DNA from: Octopus sinensis
Taxonomy: Eukaryota
Length of the DNA: 64,000 nucleotides
Direction of reading: 5' to 3'
NCBI RefSeq assembly: GCF_006345805.1
Contig: NC_042999.1
Location: 38,564,001-38,628,000, forward strand
The notes under the pieces are model-generated. The model worked only from the letters and a program-made list of their open reading frames with translations, was not told the origin of the DNA and did no database searches. Numbering within the stretch: the first letter of the stretch is position 1; the number at the start of each line of letters is the position of its first letter. Made by a program: the position numbers and the translations under genes. This document shows positions 13,490 through 26,311 of this stretch, one piece after another.

Positions 13490-13750
13490 TTCTTCTTCTT
13501 CTTCTTCTTCTTCTTCTTTTCTTCTTTTCTTCTTCTTCTTTTCTTCTTTTTCTTCTTCTTCTTCTTCTTCTTCTTCTTCTTCTTCTTCTTTCTTCTTCTT
13601 CTTCTTCTTTCTTCTTCTTTCTTCTTCTTCTTCTTTCTTCTTCTTCTTTTCTTCTTCTTCTTCTTCTTCTTTCTTCTTCTTCTTCTTCTTCTTCTTCTTC
13701 TTTCTTCTTCTTCTTTATTTTTTCTTCCTCCTCTTCCTCTTCTTCTTCAT
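13490..13750. repeat. (TTC)n microsatellite
   Basis: Direct reading. Confidence 0.97.
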
Positions 13751-13779
13751 ATCATTATTCTTCTTATTAATATTATTTA

Positions 13780-14365
13780 CCTGTAGTCTGCATGTTTTGT
13801 TACAATCACTGGCCGACACACACCTAGCGTCCTTGGGCGAGTGAAGGATAAAAAATGTTACAGTATGACTGAAAGCTTGGGGAGGGAAGGTGGTATGGGT
13901 AGTAGCAAAATAACCTTTTTATAATACAACACAGATACTTACGTTGGTAAGGTTTTTTTTTAAGGATGTGTGTAGTGCTTGTCAGCACAATCTTTTGGAT
14001 TTCTCTGAGACATGGTTCTCATGGGATACTATCTATATGTTTCTTACATCCCTTTCCCATAATACCTAGGGCACCCACAATAAAGGAATAATTCTCGCTT
14101 TAAGATGCTACATCTTTTGTATTTCAATTTCCAGTCTTCAAATTGAATTAATTTGTCAAATTCCTTTACAGATATAATTTTATCAGTGAGAACGCTTACT
14201 CCTTTTAGTCTACAAGCAATTTCTTCTCTGTCTTTAGTGATTGTCTATTCAATTAGCTTGGATCGTTCTGTCGATGTTGACTGGTAAATCCCAGAGGATA
14301 GTGACATTTTTACCTTCAGCGACTGGTTCAGGATGATGTTCATGCCAGTAAGCAAGAGTACTGAT

Positions 14366-14370
<5 letters not shown>
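13780..14370 (-). mobile_element. 5'-truncated R4/Dong-like non-LTR retrotransposon (REL endonuclease and 3' UTR)
   Basis: YWHEHHPEPVAEGKNVTILWDLPVNIDRTIQAN ... REIQKIVLTSTTHILKK, a typical R4-clade C-terminus. Confidence 0.8.
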
Positions 14371-14432
<62 letters not shown>

Positions 14433-14434
<2 letters not shown>

Positions 14435-14711
14435 GCAGCGTAGAAGTTCTTTATAAGCCATTTAAGAAACACACAAAACCGTTAGATTCACTTCAACATT
14501 TAAATTTAATTTGTCAAAATATTTTCGTCTCTTTCAGACCGCGACCTGTTCACTGACAAAGCTTTGTGCAAAGAGATGCAGCACGAAGCTTTGTCAGTGA
14601 ACAGGTCGCGGTCTCAAAGTGACGAAAATATTTTGACATATTAAATTTAAATGTTGAAATGAATCTAACGGTTTTGTGTTAAATGGCTTATAAACACCTT
14701 CCACGCTGCAA
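14433..14711. repeat. Long near-perfect palindrome (~135 bp arms, ~11 bp spacer)
   Basis: ttgcagcg..ttataagccattta..gaccgcgacctgttcactgacaaagctttgtgc is mirrored by gcacgaagctttgtcagtgaacaggtcgcggtc..taaatggcttataa..cgctgcaa. Confidence 0.92.
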
Positions 14712-14775
14712 TTGTTTTCGTTCCAGTACACGATCTCAGATCAAGTCACTTGCTATGCAAGTACATCTCTGTAAA

Positions 14776-14821
<46 letters not shown>

Positions 14822-14837
14822 ATTATTATTATTATTA

Positions 14838-15250
14838 GGCACAGGAGCGGCTGTGTGGTAAGTAGCTTGCTTAACAACCACATGGTTCCGCGTTCAGTCC
14901 TACTACGTGGTAACTTGGGCAAGTATCTTCTACTATAACCTCGGGCCGACCAAAGCCTTGTGAGTAGATTTGGTAGACGGAAACTGAAAGAAAGCCGACG
15001 TGTATATGTATATATTTATATATATATATGTGTGTGTGTGTGTATATGTTTGTGCGTCTGTTTGTCACCCCAACATTGCTTGACAACAGATGATGGTGTG
15101 TTTACGTTCCCGTAACTTAGCGGTTCGGCAAAAGAGACCGATAGAATAAGTACTAGGCTTCCAAAGAATAAGTCCTGGGGGGCGATTTGCTCGACTAAAG
15201 CGGTGCTCGAGCATGGCCGCATTCAAATCACTGAAACAAGTAAAAGAGAA
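14838..15250 (+). mobile_element. SINE family B, full length with internal (TA/TG)n
   Basis: Head ggcacaggagcggctgtgtggtaagtagcttgctt; tail ...gcggtgctcgagcatggccgc..ctgaaacaagtaaaagag. Confidence 0.9.
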
Positions 15251-16899
15251 AAGAGAGAAAGAGAAATATTATTATTATCATTAGCATCACCATCACCACC
15301 ATCATCATCGTCATCATCATCACAATCATCATCATCGTTGTCATCATAATCATCATCATCATCATCATCATCATCTCCATCATTGCTTGTTTTGTCCTAT
15401 GTGTATTTTTTTCATCATTAATAATTGTCCTACTATTCATAAGAAGCATAGCTGCCGTGGTGCCTCCTGGAATGTAACGGCTATATTATACGAAGTGTAC
15501 GCCGTATGTGTGTGTACACACACATACTCACATACACACATAAAAACACACATATATATATGCTCATCAATTCTTTGGAATTCTAATAATGTTTTACGGT
15601 GGCGGCATATAATTTTCCTATTAATATCACTTGTTTTAGCAATAATAATTCTTGTTTTAATGATGTCGTTCGTTCTTACACGTTTGGCTTCCATATTTTC
15701 ACGGATGTATACACACATTAGTCATATTTAGTACTTGTTAGCAGGAAAAAATTAATAGAAATAGAGAAATATGGCCGAGGTGACAAGGGAGATGTATGCA
15801 TGGATAAGGAGATAGACGGATAGATAGAGACAATGAGAGAGAGAAAGAGAGCGAGTGGAGGAGGAGAGAATGAACTATAATCGTGTTGGATGAAGCAATA
15901 TAAACCCTGTTAACAATATGTTGTCAATATTCATTAGACAGGTCAAAGGAAATTGAGACTGTATCATTTTGACAATAATAGTTATAATGCGTAAGTTCAA
16001 TGCTAAATGATAATTATGAAAAAAGTGAAGTGTTTAAAATATCGCCCTGTTATAGAAGTATTAACATAATATGTTGGTATGGGGATAATTCAATTTTATG
16101 TATAATAAGAAAATATTTCCATAAGCGATTCTCTTGTAGTTGTTTTTACGGCATTTTAATAGAGAACAGATTTTAATCTACAAAATACAAGTTATTATTA
16201 TTGTTATTTTGTTTTTGATAGTACGAAACTCAGTAATAAAATACAAAATGATAGAAAGAGATAGAAAGTGACAGGAAGTTTTTTTGTTGTTTTTGTGCTA
16301 ATAATATGCTTAGAACCATTACTAGAAACTTTAATATGGCATCCTATTCAAACTTCAAGCTATCTGTATAATTACCTTTATTGTGAATATGTATACAGCA
16401 AGAAATTGGGAAAAAAACATGTGAAATTTTCCTTCTTATCATTGTGTTCATAATTGTGACAGGGCACGTGTTTAACTTATATTCATGCTATCGTTTGCTT
16501 CATAAATATACTTCGAATGCTAAGACGTTGGTTTATTAATTTAATAAACAGCTTCAATTGTATATACATGATATTGACTTCAATCAATTGAATCTCCTTT
16601 CTACCCGAGTACAAGATATTTGGCATGGTCATTCTATACAGGTGTCAGATAAAAGAATAACTTAGCAGAATAAAAAAAGGAATTAGTAATATTTATGCAT
16701 CAACTCGACAAAAGAAGATGAGATGTTCACTGCAATAAGAGACGATAGGGAAATAATCAATAATAAACAATAGTAAAAGCAACTAGAATTATAAATATGC
16801 ATATACGGTTAAGTAACGCAATTAATTAATGTTGTGGTTGAGGAAAGGTTAGATGAAATGGATGACTCGTAACCATTTAAATATTGGAAAAAAATTACA

Positions 16900-17310
16900 G
16901 GTGTAATGATTCGCTCCAGGTATTTAAATGTCGACATTATGACTACTGTTCAATATTCCTTGAATACTGTAATGGGTGTAAGACGTGATTTGGAAAGCTG
17001 TAAGAGAGACTGCGAAGCCATGGCCAGCAAAAAAGGGATACAATAGGCATCTTGATTGCGTCAGTAGTTCACAATTAATCCAACAGCTAAAGAACACCAC
17101 CTCGGGTTCATTGGAGACAGCTATGCGATGCTGCTGGAAACTGTCACTTACTCTTTCCTATAACTACAGAAAGAGTCACACGTTTTTGTCGGATGATTTT
17201 TATGACTACACCAACCCCGATTTCTGCCAACCTAATTCCTCCGATTACTACGTGTGGGCTGCGTTTGCGAAAGATACGAAGACCGAGATGGTGGCCGAGA
17301 TCAAATTTCT
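16900..17310 (+). mobile_element. Internally deleted maT (DD37D)-like Tc1/mariner remnant
   Basis: SHTFLSDDFYDYTNPDFCQPNSSDYYVWAAFAKDT resembles the WL..NF.D...P..WPPNSPD.NP.DYYVWG.VE..T segment. Confidence 0.55.
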
Positions 17311-18301
17311 GCTCAAATAGATTTTATCTACAGAAAGAAACATTCACGCAGGTCAGTTTATGGAAAGCTATGTCATTTAACGAAACTCAAAAAAGAAAAA
17401 AGAACATCTTGCTCACAAAACAATACCAACACTGCTCCTAGCGCTAAAGAAACAATGGCCCTTTATGCAGAATTTTAGGAGACTAGAAATTTTTCGACAA
17501 ATGCTCGAAGCAATTATGGTTTCACAAATCTCAAAGAAGATATTCCTCGAGCTGCTTTCTTTTTGTCACTGAATAATACAGACATACAGTTAAGACGTAA
17601 CCGAAGAATTAGTGAATCCAGATGAAGGGCTCACAATACAGTCGGGCATTCTAATGAGAATTCGAGAACATTGAATATCTCCGGTGAACGTGCCTCATGA
17701 ATATCTGCCACTTCTAGCAAAACAAATTGTCAAATAAGCAAATGACTGTGCTTTTGCGTTTCTCAAATCAAAACATCCAATCTTGAAACCAAGAAATTAG
17801 GATGAACCGAAACATGATACTGAAGGTAGGATTAAGCTGGACATCACATGGAAAATGAAAGCCTGGTCAGATAATTAAATCATTACATACAAAAGTGGAA
17901 GCGACGTCAGCAAATGACTTTTACGCAGAACAAGTCACAGGATTGTTAGATGTTGTTCAGAGTGTTATAGAATTGCCGAAGCAGGATTTCGCTTCGATGA
18001 AATGAAATAAACGAATTTTATACGAAGAAATCATCTAAATGGATCATACATCAAGGCACATATACCTAAAAAACTACAAGGTTAAACCACGTGAATACAT
18101 CGTCTTTCATAATGTGGGAATTTGTTAGATGTTCTTCCGATTTATAATATTCAACGCCGGTGTCGGTTATACATGATTGAATTATGTAGAACTAAAACAT
18201 AAATAAACCATAAAATATATTAATGAGATAAACTATAAGATTTCCTCAGTCATTTTGATCATGAATAACAAATGAAAATATTTTAAAACATAACTATAAT
18301 A

Positions 18302-18304
<3 letters not shown>

Positions 18305-18346
<42 letters not shown>

Positions 18347-18351
18347 TATAT

Positions 18352-18384
<33 letters not shown>

Positions 18385-18390
18385 GTATTC

Positions 18391-18430
<40 letters not shown>

Positions 18431-18539
18431 ACTTATATACTTACACATACACACATACACATGACATGTATGTGATTTACGTATTATATGTATCTCTCTC
18501 TCACTCACTATATATATGTACACGAATTTATATACATGC

Positions 18540-18589
<50 letters not shown>

Positions 18590-18695
18590 TGTATATATAC
18601 ACACACATACACAAACAAACACACACACAAATACATGTATACATCTTAATATACATGCATATGTTAAGAGGTCTATATGTATATGTATACGTATA

Positions 18696-18730
<35 letters not shown>

Positions 18731-18732
18731 TC

Positions 18733-18770
<38 letters not shown>

Positions 18771-18870
18771 CATAAATGCACACACACTAAAATACATACA
18801 CTCAAGCACATACACACGCACACATATATATATGTACACATAAAAGCACATACACTAACATAGACACACG
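18305..18870. repeat. Compound (TA)n/(CA)n low-complexity tract
   Basis: Direct reading. Confidence 0.95.
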
Positions 18871-19661
18871 CGTATATACAGGTGCATGCGCATGTATTAA
18901 CGGATAAATTTGATACATGAAAGCCATATAGGACAGATTCATTTTTGAATAAGTATTTTATGCCTCGGGATTTTCTGAAAACCTTATGCTATTAAATATG
19001 TAAAATTTTTCACTGCAGGCAAAGTTAGAAACACGAGAAATCAAACAAATTACTTTGTAATTCTATACATATATTATGCCTCCATAAAATGTTATGGAGT
19101 TGTATATTTCCCAAGATTCCTTCAAACACTTTATCGAATCGATATATATCTAAATTTGACTACGATAGTAAATGACTACATACATTCGTTCATAAGCATA
19201 TGCACACATGTAAAAACTGCATGTACATGCGCTTAGACGTTAATGTACATGTGTGTGAATGGGTTAGAGAATGCGTATTTATTGTCGACTGTAAACAACT
19301 TATGTATGTGAGTTTGTGTATTGTATGTGTGTTTGTTGTGCTTGTGTGTGTGTATATATGTGCGTGTGTTTTATAGTGTATAAATGTATATATGAAGCCA
19401 TATGCATTATCTATCTATCTAACTATCTATCTATCTCTCTATATTCACTTACAAAGCATGTTTATATACGTGGGTGTGTGTGTGTGTGTGTGTGGAGAAA
19501 GTGAGAGAGAGAGAAATGTAAATATATGTTTGTATTCATATGTATACAAGCTAGTGCATAACGCATGCGCAAAACGAAAGCCCGTATATAAGTATACATA
19601 TACATAAAGTCATACATACACCCCACCTCACGCATAATATATATGTATATATGTATGCTCG

Positions 19662-19712
<51 letters not shown>

Positions 19713-20361
19713 ATATATATATATATATATATTTATATATATGTATGTATGCTCGTGTGTGTGAAATTATCTAGCCCCAACGAGAAAATTTTTGTACTGT
19801 TATATACGTATTAATTATTTGTATCACTGTAATTCAACATTCCATAATCTGGCAATCCATAACAATTTATATTCAATGTGAAACAGAATTCGTGCCGATT
19901 AACATTCATGATATTCTTAATAGTATTATTAGGGTAAAAGTAAAAACGTCAGTATCAACAGGGGAATGTAATAACATGTAGAATTCATTTCTTCAAGTTA
20001 TTATCTGCTCATCTACCGCTAACTATTCCTTCGTGTGCAGTTGTTCATGTAGCATGGGATCGAATTGCAGAAAAGGGTGTTATTCTGGAGAGAAAGGTGT
20101 CAAGTAAATTCTGTGTTATGTATTTTGCCAATTTTAGTCAGCTATAAGCAAGTCGATCCGAATCTATTCATTAGTAATTTCGTTAGACAAATCTGCACCC
20201 AGTTTTATGCTTCTGATGTATGTGATTATATTTCAAAATATATGCCAGATTACTTCCGGTTTTTACGTTTTGTTTTGTTTATGGTCCAAGTATATTTGTC
20301 TTAATGATAGCATTTAACGAATAAGTGATCAATAACATGCTCATACACATACACGGATATA

Positions 20362-20403
<42 letters not shown>

Positions 20404-20606
20404 ATATAATATTAGGGAGTATAACTCCAAACTTAGAGGGAAAAATTCAGTTTGATATTAAATCTAATTTCACAATATAAATGTATTATATAAATTAGAG
20501 AAAAACCATTACTATGTAATTTAAACTATGATAGACATAAACCAAATCATAAAGAAAAATAAAATATATTATAAAACGTATAACTAGATCACATGTATAT
20601 GTAATG

Positions 20607-20641
<35 letters not shown>

Positions 20642-20769
20642 ATGTGTGTGTATATATACATATATATATATACACACACACATACATACATAAGAGATTT
20701 ATGCATATAAATACATTCATATATATTAAAGGAAAATGTATTGTAGATAAAGAAGTGATAGGTAAAAAA

Positions 20770-20960
20770 ATTATAACGTATACAGAGTGTACAATAAGAT
20801 GGGGGACAGACACACAAGGTCCCTAATTCTTCATCAGTTATCAACCAGATGGTACTACTCAGTCTCGTACTTTTGGGTAGAAACAAATACTGATTGCTCC
20901 CAGAATAAACGCACAAATCCATCATCCATCTTTAGGAAACATCCGATACAAATAATCAAT
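20770..20960 (-). mobile_element. Possible decayed Penelope-like remnant
   Basis: KMDDGFVRLFW resembles the PLE RT YMDDGF motif and is followed by ctgatgaag without an intact GAAA core. Confidence 0.3.
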
Positions 20961-21544
20961 ATAATATCCCACTCGAGTGCATAGATTATAATATTCTAAT
21001 TCCGCTTTACTGCGAAACCAGATCATATTGAAAAGTAAACTGTAATCCATCTAGCCTGATTAAATGATTGAAAATTAGTTCTATTGACTATAAATTACTT
21101 CTCAAAAACAGGCTCCGTGGCTATAAATAAAAACCAATAAAACCCCCAATGTTAAAGTAAGTCAATATTTTCGCTTCATGGGATTATGATGTTGGAGATG
21201 CAGCAGAATACGTTTAATTACTTCGTTTCCTCTGAATGCTTTTCAGATCAAATTCTTTCCGAAATTACTGCGACGAATGCAATGATTTATCGATCCATCA
21301 TCCATCTTTCCATCCATCCATACATACATACATGCATACATCCATACATCCATACATACATACATAAATACATACATACACACACATACATGTATTTAGA
21401 TATATCTAATATCTATTCTTCGTGAAATTTTCAAGTGAATGGAATTAACATTTCGCAAGTTATATGGAAATAAACAATCTTCCTAATTACAGCGGCCAAG
21501 AGTTAAGGGTCACTTACAAAAAATGAACTAGCAACCGAGATTTT

Positions 21545-21872
21545 TGTTGTTTAGAAGACTATTAATTGGCTAACTTCCAACATGACGACTTGTGAGAGCC
21601 AACCGGTGTCCTGTGATGAAAAACTTCGAGTAACTCTGTACACCCTTTTCTTCTATCTAATACTATCTGGTACATTTCCCCATACAAATGTTGCTTAGGA
21701 AGTATTTTATCGTTCATTCTCACCAAATGTCCACACCACCTGAAACGACTTTGCAGAATGACCAATTCTACCCTCCTAGTACAATGTCTCTTAAGTACCT
21801 CTACAGCACTGATTACCATTGTCCGGTCTATCTCAGGACTTTTCTGAAGACAATGTTGATTGAATCATTCTA
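21545..21872 (-). mobile_element. RTE-clade LINE 3' fragment
   Basis: LE*FNQHCLQK...EVLKRHCTRRVELVILQSRFRWCGHLVRMNDKILPKQHLYGEM (ORF 21562-21819), the canonical RTE post-RT motif. Confidence 0.85.
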
Positions 21873-21887
21873 TGGTAGCTGGCAGAA

Positions 21888-22115
21888 GGCGGCGAGCTGG
21901 CAGAAACGTTAGCACGCCGGGCGAAATGCTTAGCGGTATTTCGTTTGAGTTAGGTTGTGAGTTTGAATTCCGCCGAGGTCGACTTTGCCTTTCATCCTTT
22001 CGGGGTCGATAAATTAAGTACCAGTTACGCACTGGGGTCGATGTAATCGACTTAATACCTATGTCTGTCCTTGTTTGTCCCCTCTGTGTTTAGCCCCTTG
22101 TGGGTAATAAAGAAA
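21888..22115 (+). mobile_element. SINE family A monomer
   Basis: ggcggcgagctggcagaaacgttagcacgccgggcgaaatgc...core...gtgggtaataaagaaatagaaata. Confidence 0.92.
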
Positions 22116-22368
22116 TAGAAATAGGCATGTGCAAAATTCAAGTAGTCTCTGACCATTGTCATTCACGTTGCCAATACCAAAACATATACACTTACATATA
22201 TACATACATATATATACGATTGATTCGTTTCAGTTCCTGTCTACGAAATCCATATATATATGTATGTATTTATAGACACACACACACACACACAAAGATA
22301 AATTTATAGATACAACTGAGTGGGCAAACAAAAATATGAGACACTGCGTAGAGCGTTTTTATATTTTG

Positions 22369-22630
22369 GTAAGCCTGGTACTTATTCTATCAGTTTCTTC
22401 TCGTGAAACCAGTAAGTTATGGGGATGTAAATAAACGAACACCTCTTGTGAAGCAGCGATGAGGGAGAAACACAAAGACACACACATAGACTTACATATA
22501 TACATACAATTGATTTCTTTGGTTGGTCTGAGGCTATAGCAGAAGACACATGCCAAGTTACAACACAGTGGCCTGAACTGAGGACCATATGTTTTGGAAC
22601 CAAGTTTGTTACCACACAGCCACACTTGCA
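22369..22630 (-). mobile_element. SINE family B, diverged
   Basis: Reverse-complement similarity to the head and tail of 26311-26710. Confidence 0.7.
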
Positions 22631-22703
22631 TCTATGTATATGTGTGTGTGTATGTGTGTATGGGTGTATTTATGCATGCATGTATATATGTGTATAAATT
22701 ACA

Positions 22704-22739
<36 letters not shown>

Positions 22740-22797
22740 TAGACATAATGTATACATATAAAGCTATACATATACCTGTATACACATATATCTATAT

Positions 22798-22855
<58 letters not shown>

Positions 22856-22949
22856 TATATATATATTATATATATATATATATATGCATCCATATACATT
22901 CAATAGAGAGATGTTTTTGTTTCACTTTTAACACGTAATACTGAAATAG

Positions 22950-23256
22950 TGGAGAAGAAATGATATTGCTGTGGGCTCGCCCTAGGCAAGAAGTTAAAGT
23001 TTTTTTGCTCATGACACTACATGGACCCTAAGTAAGTTATGTGTAAAATTTGAATGAAATTAGTTGTGTAGTTCTCTAATTTTAGGGATTCATATTGGAG
23101 AAGATATGATATTGCTATGGTCTCACCCTAGGCAAGAAGTTAAATTTTTTGCCATGACACTCCATGGACCCTAAGTAAGGCATGTGCAAAAGTTTTAGGG
23201 ATTCACACAGACAGACAGACAGACATACACATATTCTCAGTTTTATATATATAGAT
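22950..23256 (+). mobile_element. Probable non-autonomous Helitron/HINE-like element end with an internal ~100 bp tandem duplication
   Basis: Two copies of ggagaaga.atgatattgct.tgg.ctc.ccctaggcaagaagttaaa...ggaccctaagtaag (22951, 23097); ends acagacagacagac...ttttatatatatagat. Confidence 0.5.
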
Positions 23257-23394
23257 AATTGGAAACTAAATCTGTGAGTGTTTTGAATAATAAGGAACTA
23301 AAGGAGAATGACTCTCCCCAGACACAACAAAATATCCTTCAACACACGAACTCACATAAAGATTCTTGCAAACCAAGTCCAAAAACGATATATA

Positions 23395-23915
23395 CCGTAT
23401 ATCCTCGAATATAGTCCGCCCTTGAGTATAATACGCTGGGGATTTTTAGGGGGCTGTACCTCTGAAAAACCTAAACCTTGTGTATAATACGCACCCCTTC
23501 TGTGACTTGAGTCGTGCGTAATTGAGCCAGCAGCACCTAGTCGAAGAAACACTTCCGTGCATGCGTAATACAATAATGGTGATGTTCTTAACTGTTATAT
23601 GGGAATGTAAATATGTTTACAAATTGTTTTTGTTACATGTTATTCTGTGTTCTGAATACTTCTATTTTGATAAATTTTGTTTGCTGCAAGTTATGGATAA
23701 TTCTCTTATGACTTCATTGCCTTCAGGCTTAGCTTAAGGTATTTTCACGCTCGACATCACAAAATGCTTCTGAATAAACATTGCCAGACAGCAAATATAG
23801 ACTCAGACATTACTTAGAAAATATTTTTCATTTTTAACCTTGTATATAGTACGCACTATGTATTTTCACCTTTAAAAAGTGGGGGAAGAATGCGGATTAT
23901 ACTCGAGGATTTACG

Positions 23916-23916
<1 letters not shown>
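23395..23916. mobile_element. Non-autonomous Tc1/mariner (pogo-like) DNA transposon
   Basis: TA-flanked TIRs ccgtatatcctcgaatatagtccgc / gcggattatactcgaggatttacgg. Confidence 0.8.
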
Positions 23917-23962
<46 letters not shown>

Positions 23963-23963
<1 letters not shown>

Positions 23964-24507
23964 GAGGGTGAGTCAAAAAGTAATGTCATTTTGTTTAGGA
24001 CAGATATAATTACCAACAGACGAACATGTATTATACATCAAAATGAAGCTGGTCCTCTGTGGATCACGTCCCTACTCCTCAACATAGTCATCGTTTCACT
24101 CAATAGCAATGTTCGCCCTTCGAATGAGAGCATGTATCCCTATCCAGTAAAATTCTGTTGACTGTTCTTTGCGCTACTTCACTACTCACCCGATTTAGCG
24201 CCTTCAAATTATCATCTCTTCGGCGCCACAGAAGAGGGTTTGAGAGGCAAATATTATTCCAGTGATGAGGAAGTGAAAACTGTATTCATGAAGTGGCTCG
24301 AAAAACAGTCAACAGAATTTTACGGGGCAGGGATATATGCTCTCATTCGGAGGTGGAACGTTGCTATTGAGAGAAACGGGGACTATGTTGATCAGTAGGG
24401 ATATGATCTACTGAGGACCAGTTTCATTTTGATATATGATACATATTCATGTGTTGGTAATTATACCTGCTCTAAACAAAATGGCATTACTTTTTGACTC
24501 ACCCTCG
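23963..24507 (+). mobile_element. Non-autonomous mariner element with ~215 bp inverted arms
   Basis: TA-flanked TIR cgagggtgagtcaaaaagtaatg / cattactttttgactcaccctcg; contains a transposase C-terminal fragment. Confidence 0.92.
24180..24398 (+). pseudogene. Mariner transposase C-terminal fragment (72 aa)
   Basis: HYSPDLAPSNYHLFGATEEGLRGKYYSSDEEVKTVFMKWLEKQSTEFYGAGIYALIRRWNVAIERNGDYVDQ*; carries the mariner YSPDLAP motif. Confidence 0.9.
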
Positions 24508-24914
24508 TATATATGAATTTCTCTATGCATGTATATATGCATATATGTATCGATATCGGACAATGAGAGCGTAGTAACATGTAGTGTGTACATTTGCGTC
24601 ATAGAGAATGTAGAATGTCATATATATTGGATTACCGCATTTGTTTAAACACGTGCTACATACTCAAATGTTAAATGCACCATACCTCTCAATAATTTTG
24701 AGATGAAATTCATTCCGAAAATACTGCGATTTTTTTTTACCATGGAATGAAATATTTTACACATACATACATACTATTGGCTTTTTTTTCTAGGCGAATT
24801 AATAATATATAGAAATCATACACTGGATCGATTTAATCAACTGTTTTTTTCTTTTATATAAATTAATATCAGTGGTGTCAATGTAAGAAATTAATATCAA
24901 TTTAGACATAGGGA

Positions 24915-25115
24915 TAAGGCAGCGACCTGGCAGAATCGTTAAGCTTCGGGCAAATTGTTTAGCTGCATTCATTATGTTCTGAGGTCAAATTCCGCCGCGG
25001 TCGATTGTTGTCTTTCAACATTTCGGACTCAATAATATGAATACCTGTTGAATACCAGAGTCGATGCAATCCAGTTACGCATCCTCCGCTACTGCTGGCC
25101 TTGTGCCATAATTTC
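24915..25115 (+). mobile_element. SINE family A, old diverged copy
   Basis: aggcagcgacctggcagaatcgttaag...caaattccgccgcggtcga...gtcgatgcaatc. Confidence 0.65.
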
Positions 25116-26278
25116 AAATCAATTTAAAATTTATGACGATATACATTCGAGGGCACAAATAGGATTCTGTTGAGTTCGAACTACGATATATTTTAATAAG
25201 AACTCACAAATTCCATCAAATCTTTTAAAACTTAGATGAAGAGTTAATATCTCTGCACACGACGTCTTCAAAATTAGATTTCATTCATTGCCGGAATGTA
25301 TGCTTTTTATGTAACATATACCCTTGAGGAAAAGTCATTACAACAGATCCATAACCAGCTACAAGCGATAAAGTTATTTAGAATTTTATTCCATTCAATA
25401 TCTACCTATGCAAAATTCCTTTTTCGCGACAAAACTTATAATAAGTAATAGTAATGGTAGTAGTGATGATTGTAGTAGTAGTATCAGTATTAATATTTGT
25501 AGTCGTAGGTGTTGGAGTAAAGCAAATCTATGCGTTTGAAATAATCGGAATAATCGGGAAATAGAATAAGTAACGAGAAACGAGTGATAATAATAGACGT
25601 GTCACATTATCAAGGAATGATAGCTTGTTATTGCTTCCATCTCTTCTGTTTTTCCTCTGAATTTTTGTCTAAGTATTTTCTTTCTCTTATCTCCCGTTTG
25701 AATTGATATGTTCACAGTAATATTTATTTCCAGTTTCTTGTAGTGTCAAATTAATAGGATGTATAACGTCCAGTTATTGTCTCACGTTCTACAATTGAGA
25801 TATGCAACTACATAACTAGAATTTTCACTAATATATATCTGAATATTACATCGATAAATTCCTTACTGGGCTGAATAAAGATTTTACATTAAATTTCAAA
25901 TTATAGTTAACATACAGGAAAACATAATTTTGTGTTAGCTGAAGATGGAAAAATTGAAGAAAACATAAAGACGCGATGAAGAATGAAACATTTCATAAAA
26001 GTCTGAAAGCAGTTAATATTCCAGTATATTCCAGAGAAACTTGAATTATTCGTAAGAGGTTTTAATGGCCCTTCTTATAGATTATTAAAAAAAAAAAATA
26101 AATCTGAGTTATTTAAATAAACGTTATGGACAAATATAAAATGAAATCTCAGTTTACTTTAAAGTTTCGACAAATAAAATAAATATCATGGAAAGTAAGG
26201 AGACTGAATGTGTACAAGTAGTCGTCACAAGCACAATAACAAATATTAAGACGTACATGATTACACACATTTCTTATG

Positions 26279-26310
<32 letters not shown>

Positions 26311-26311
<1 letters not shown>

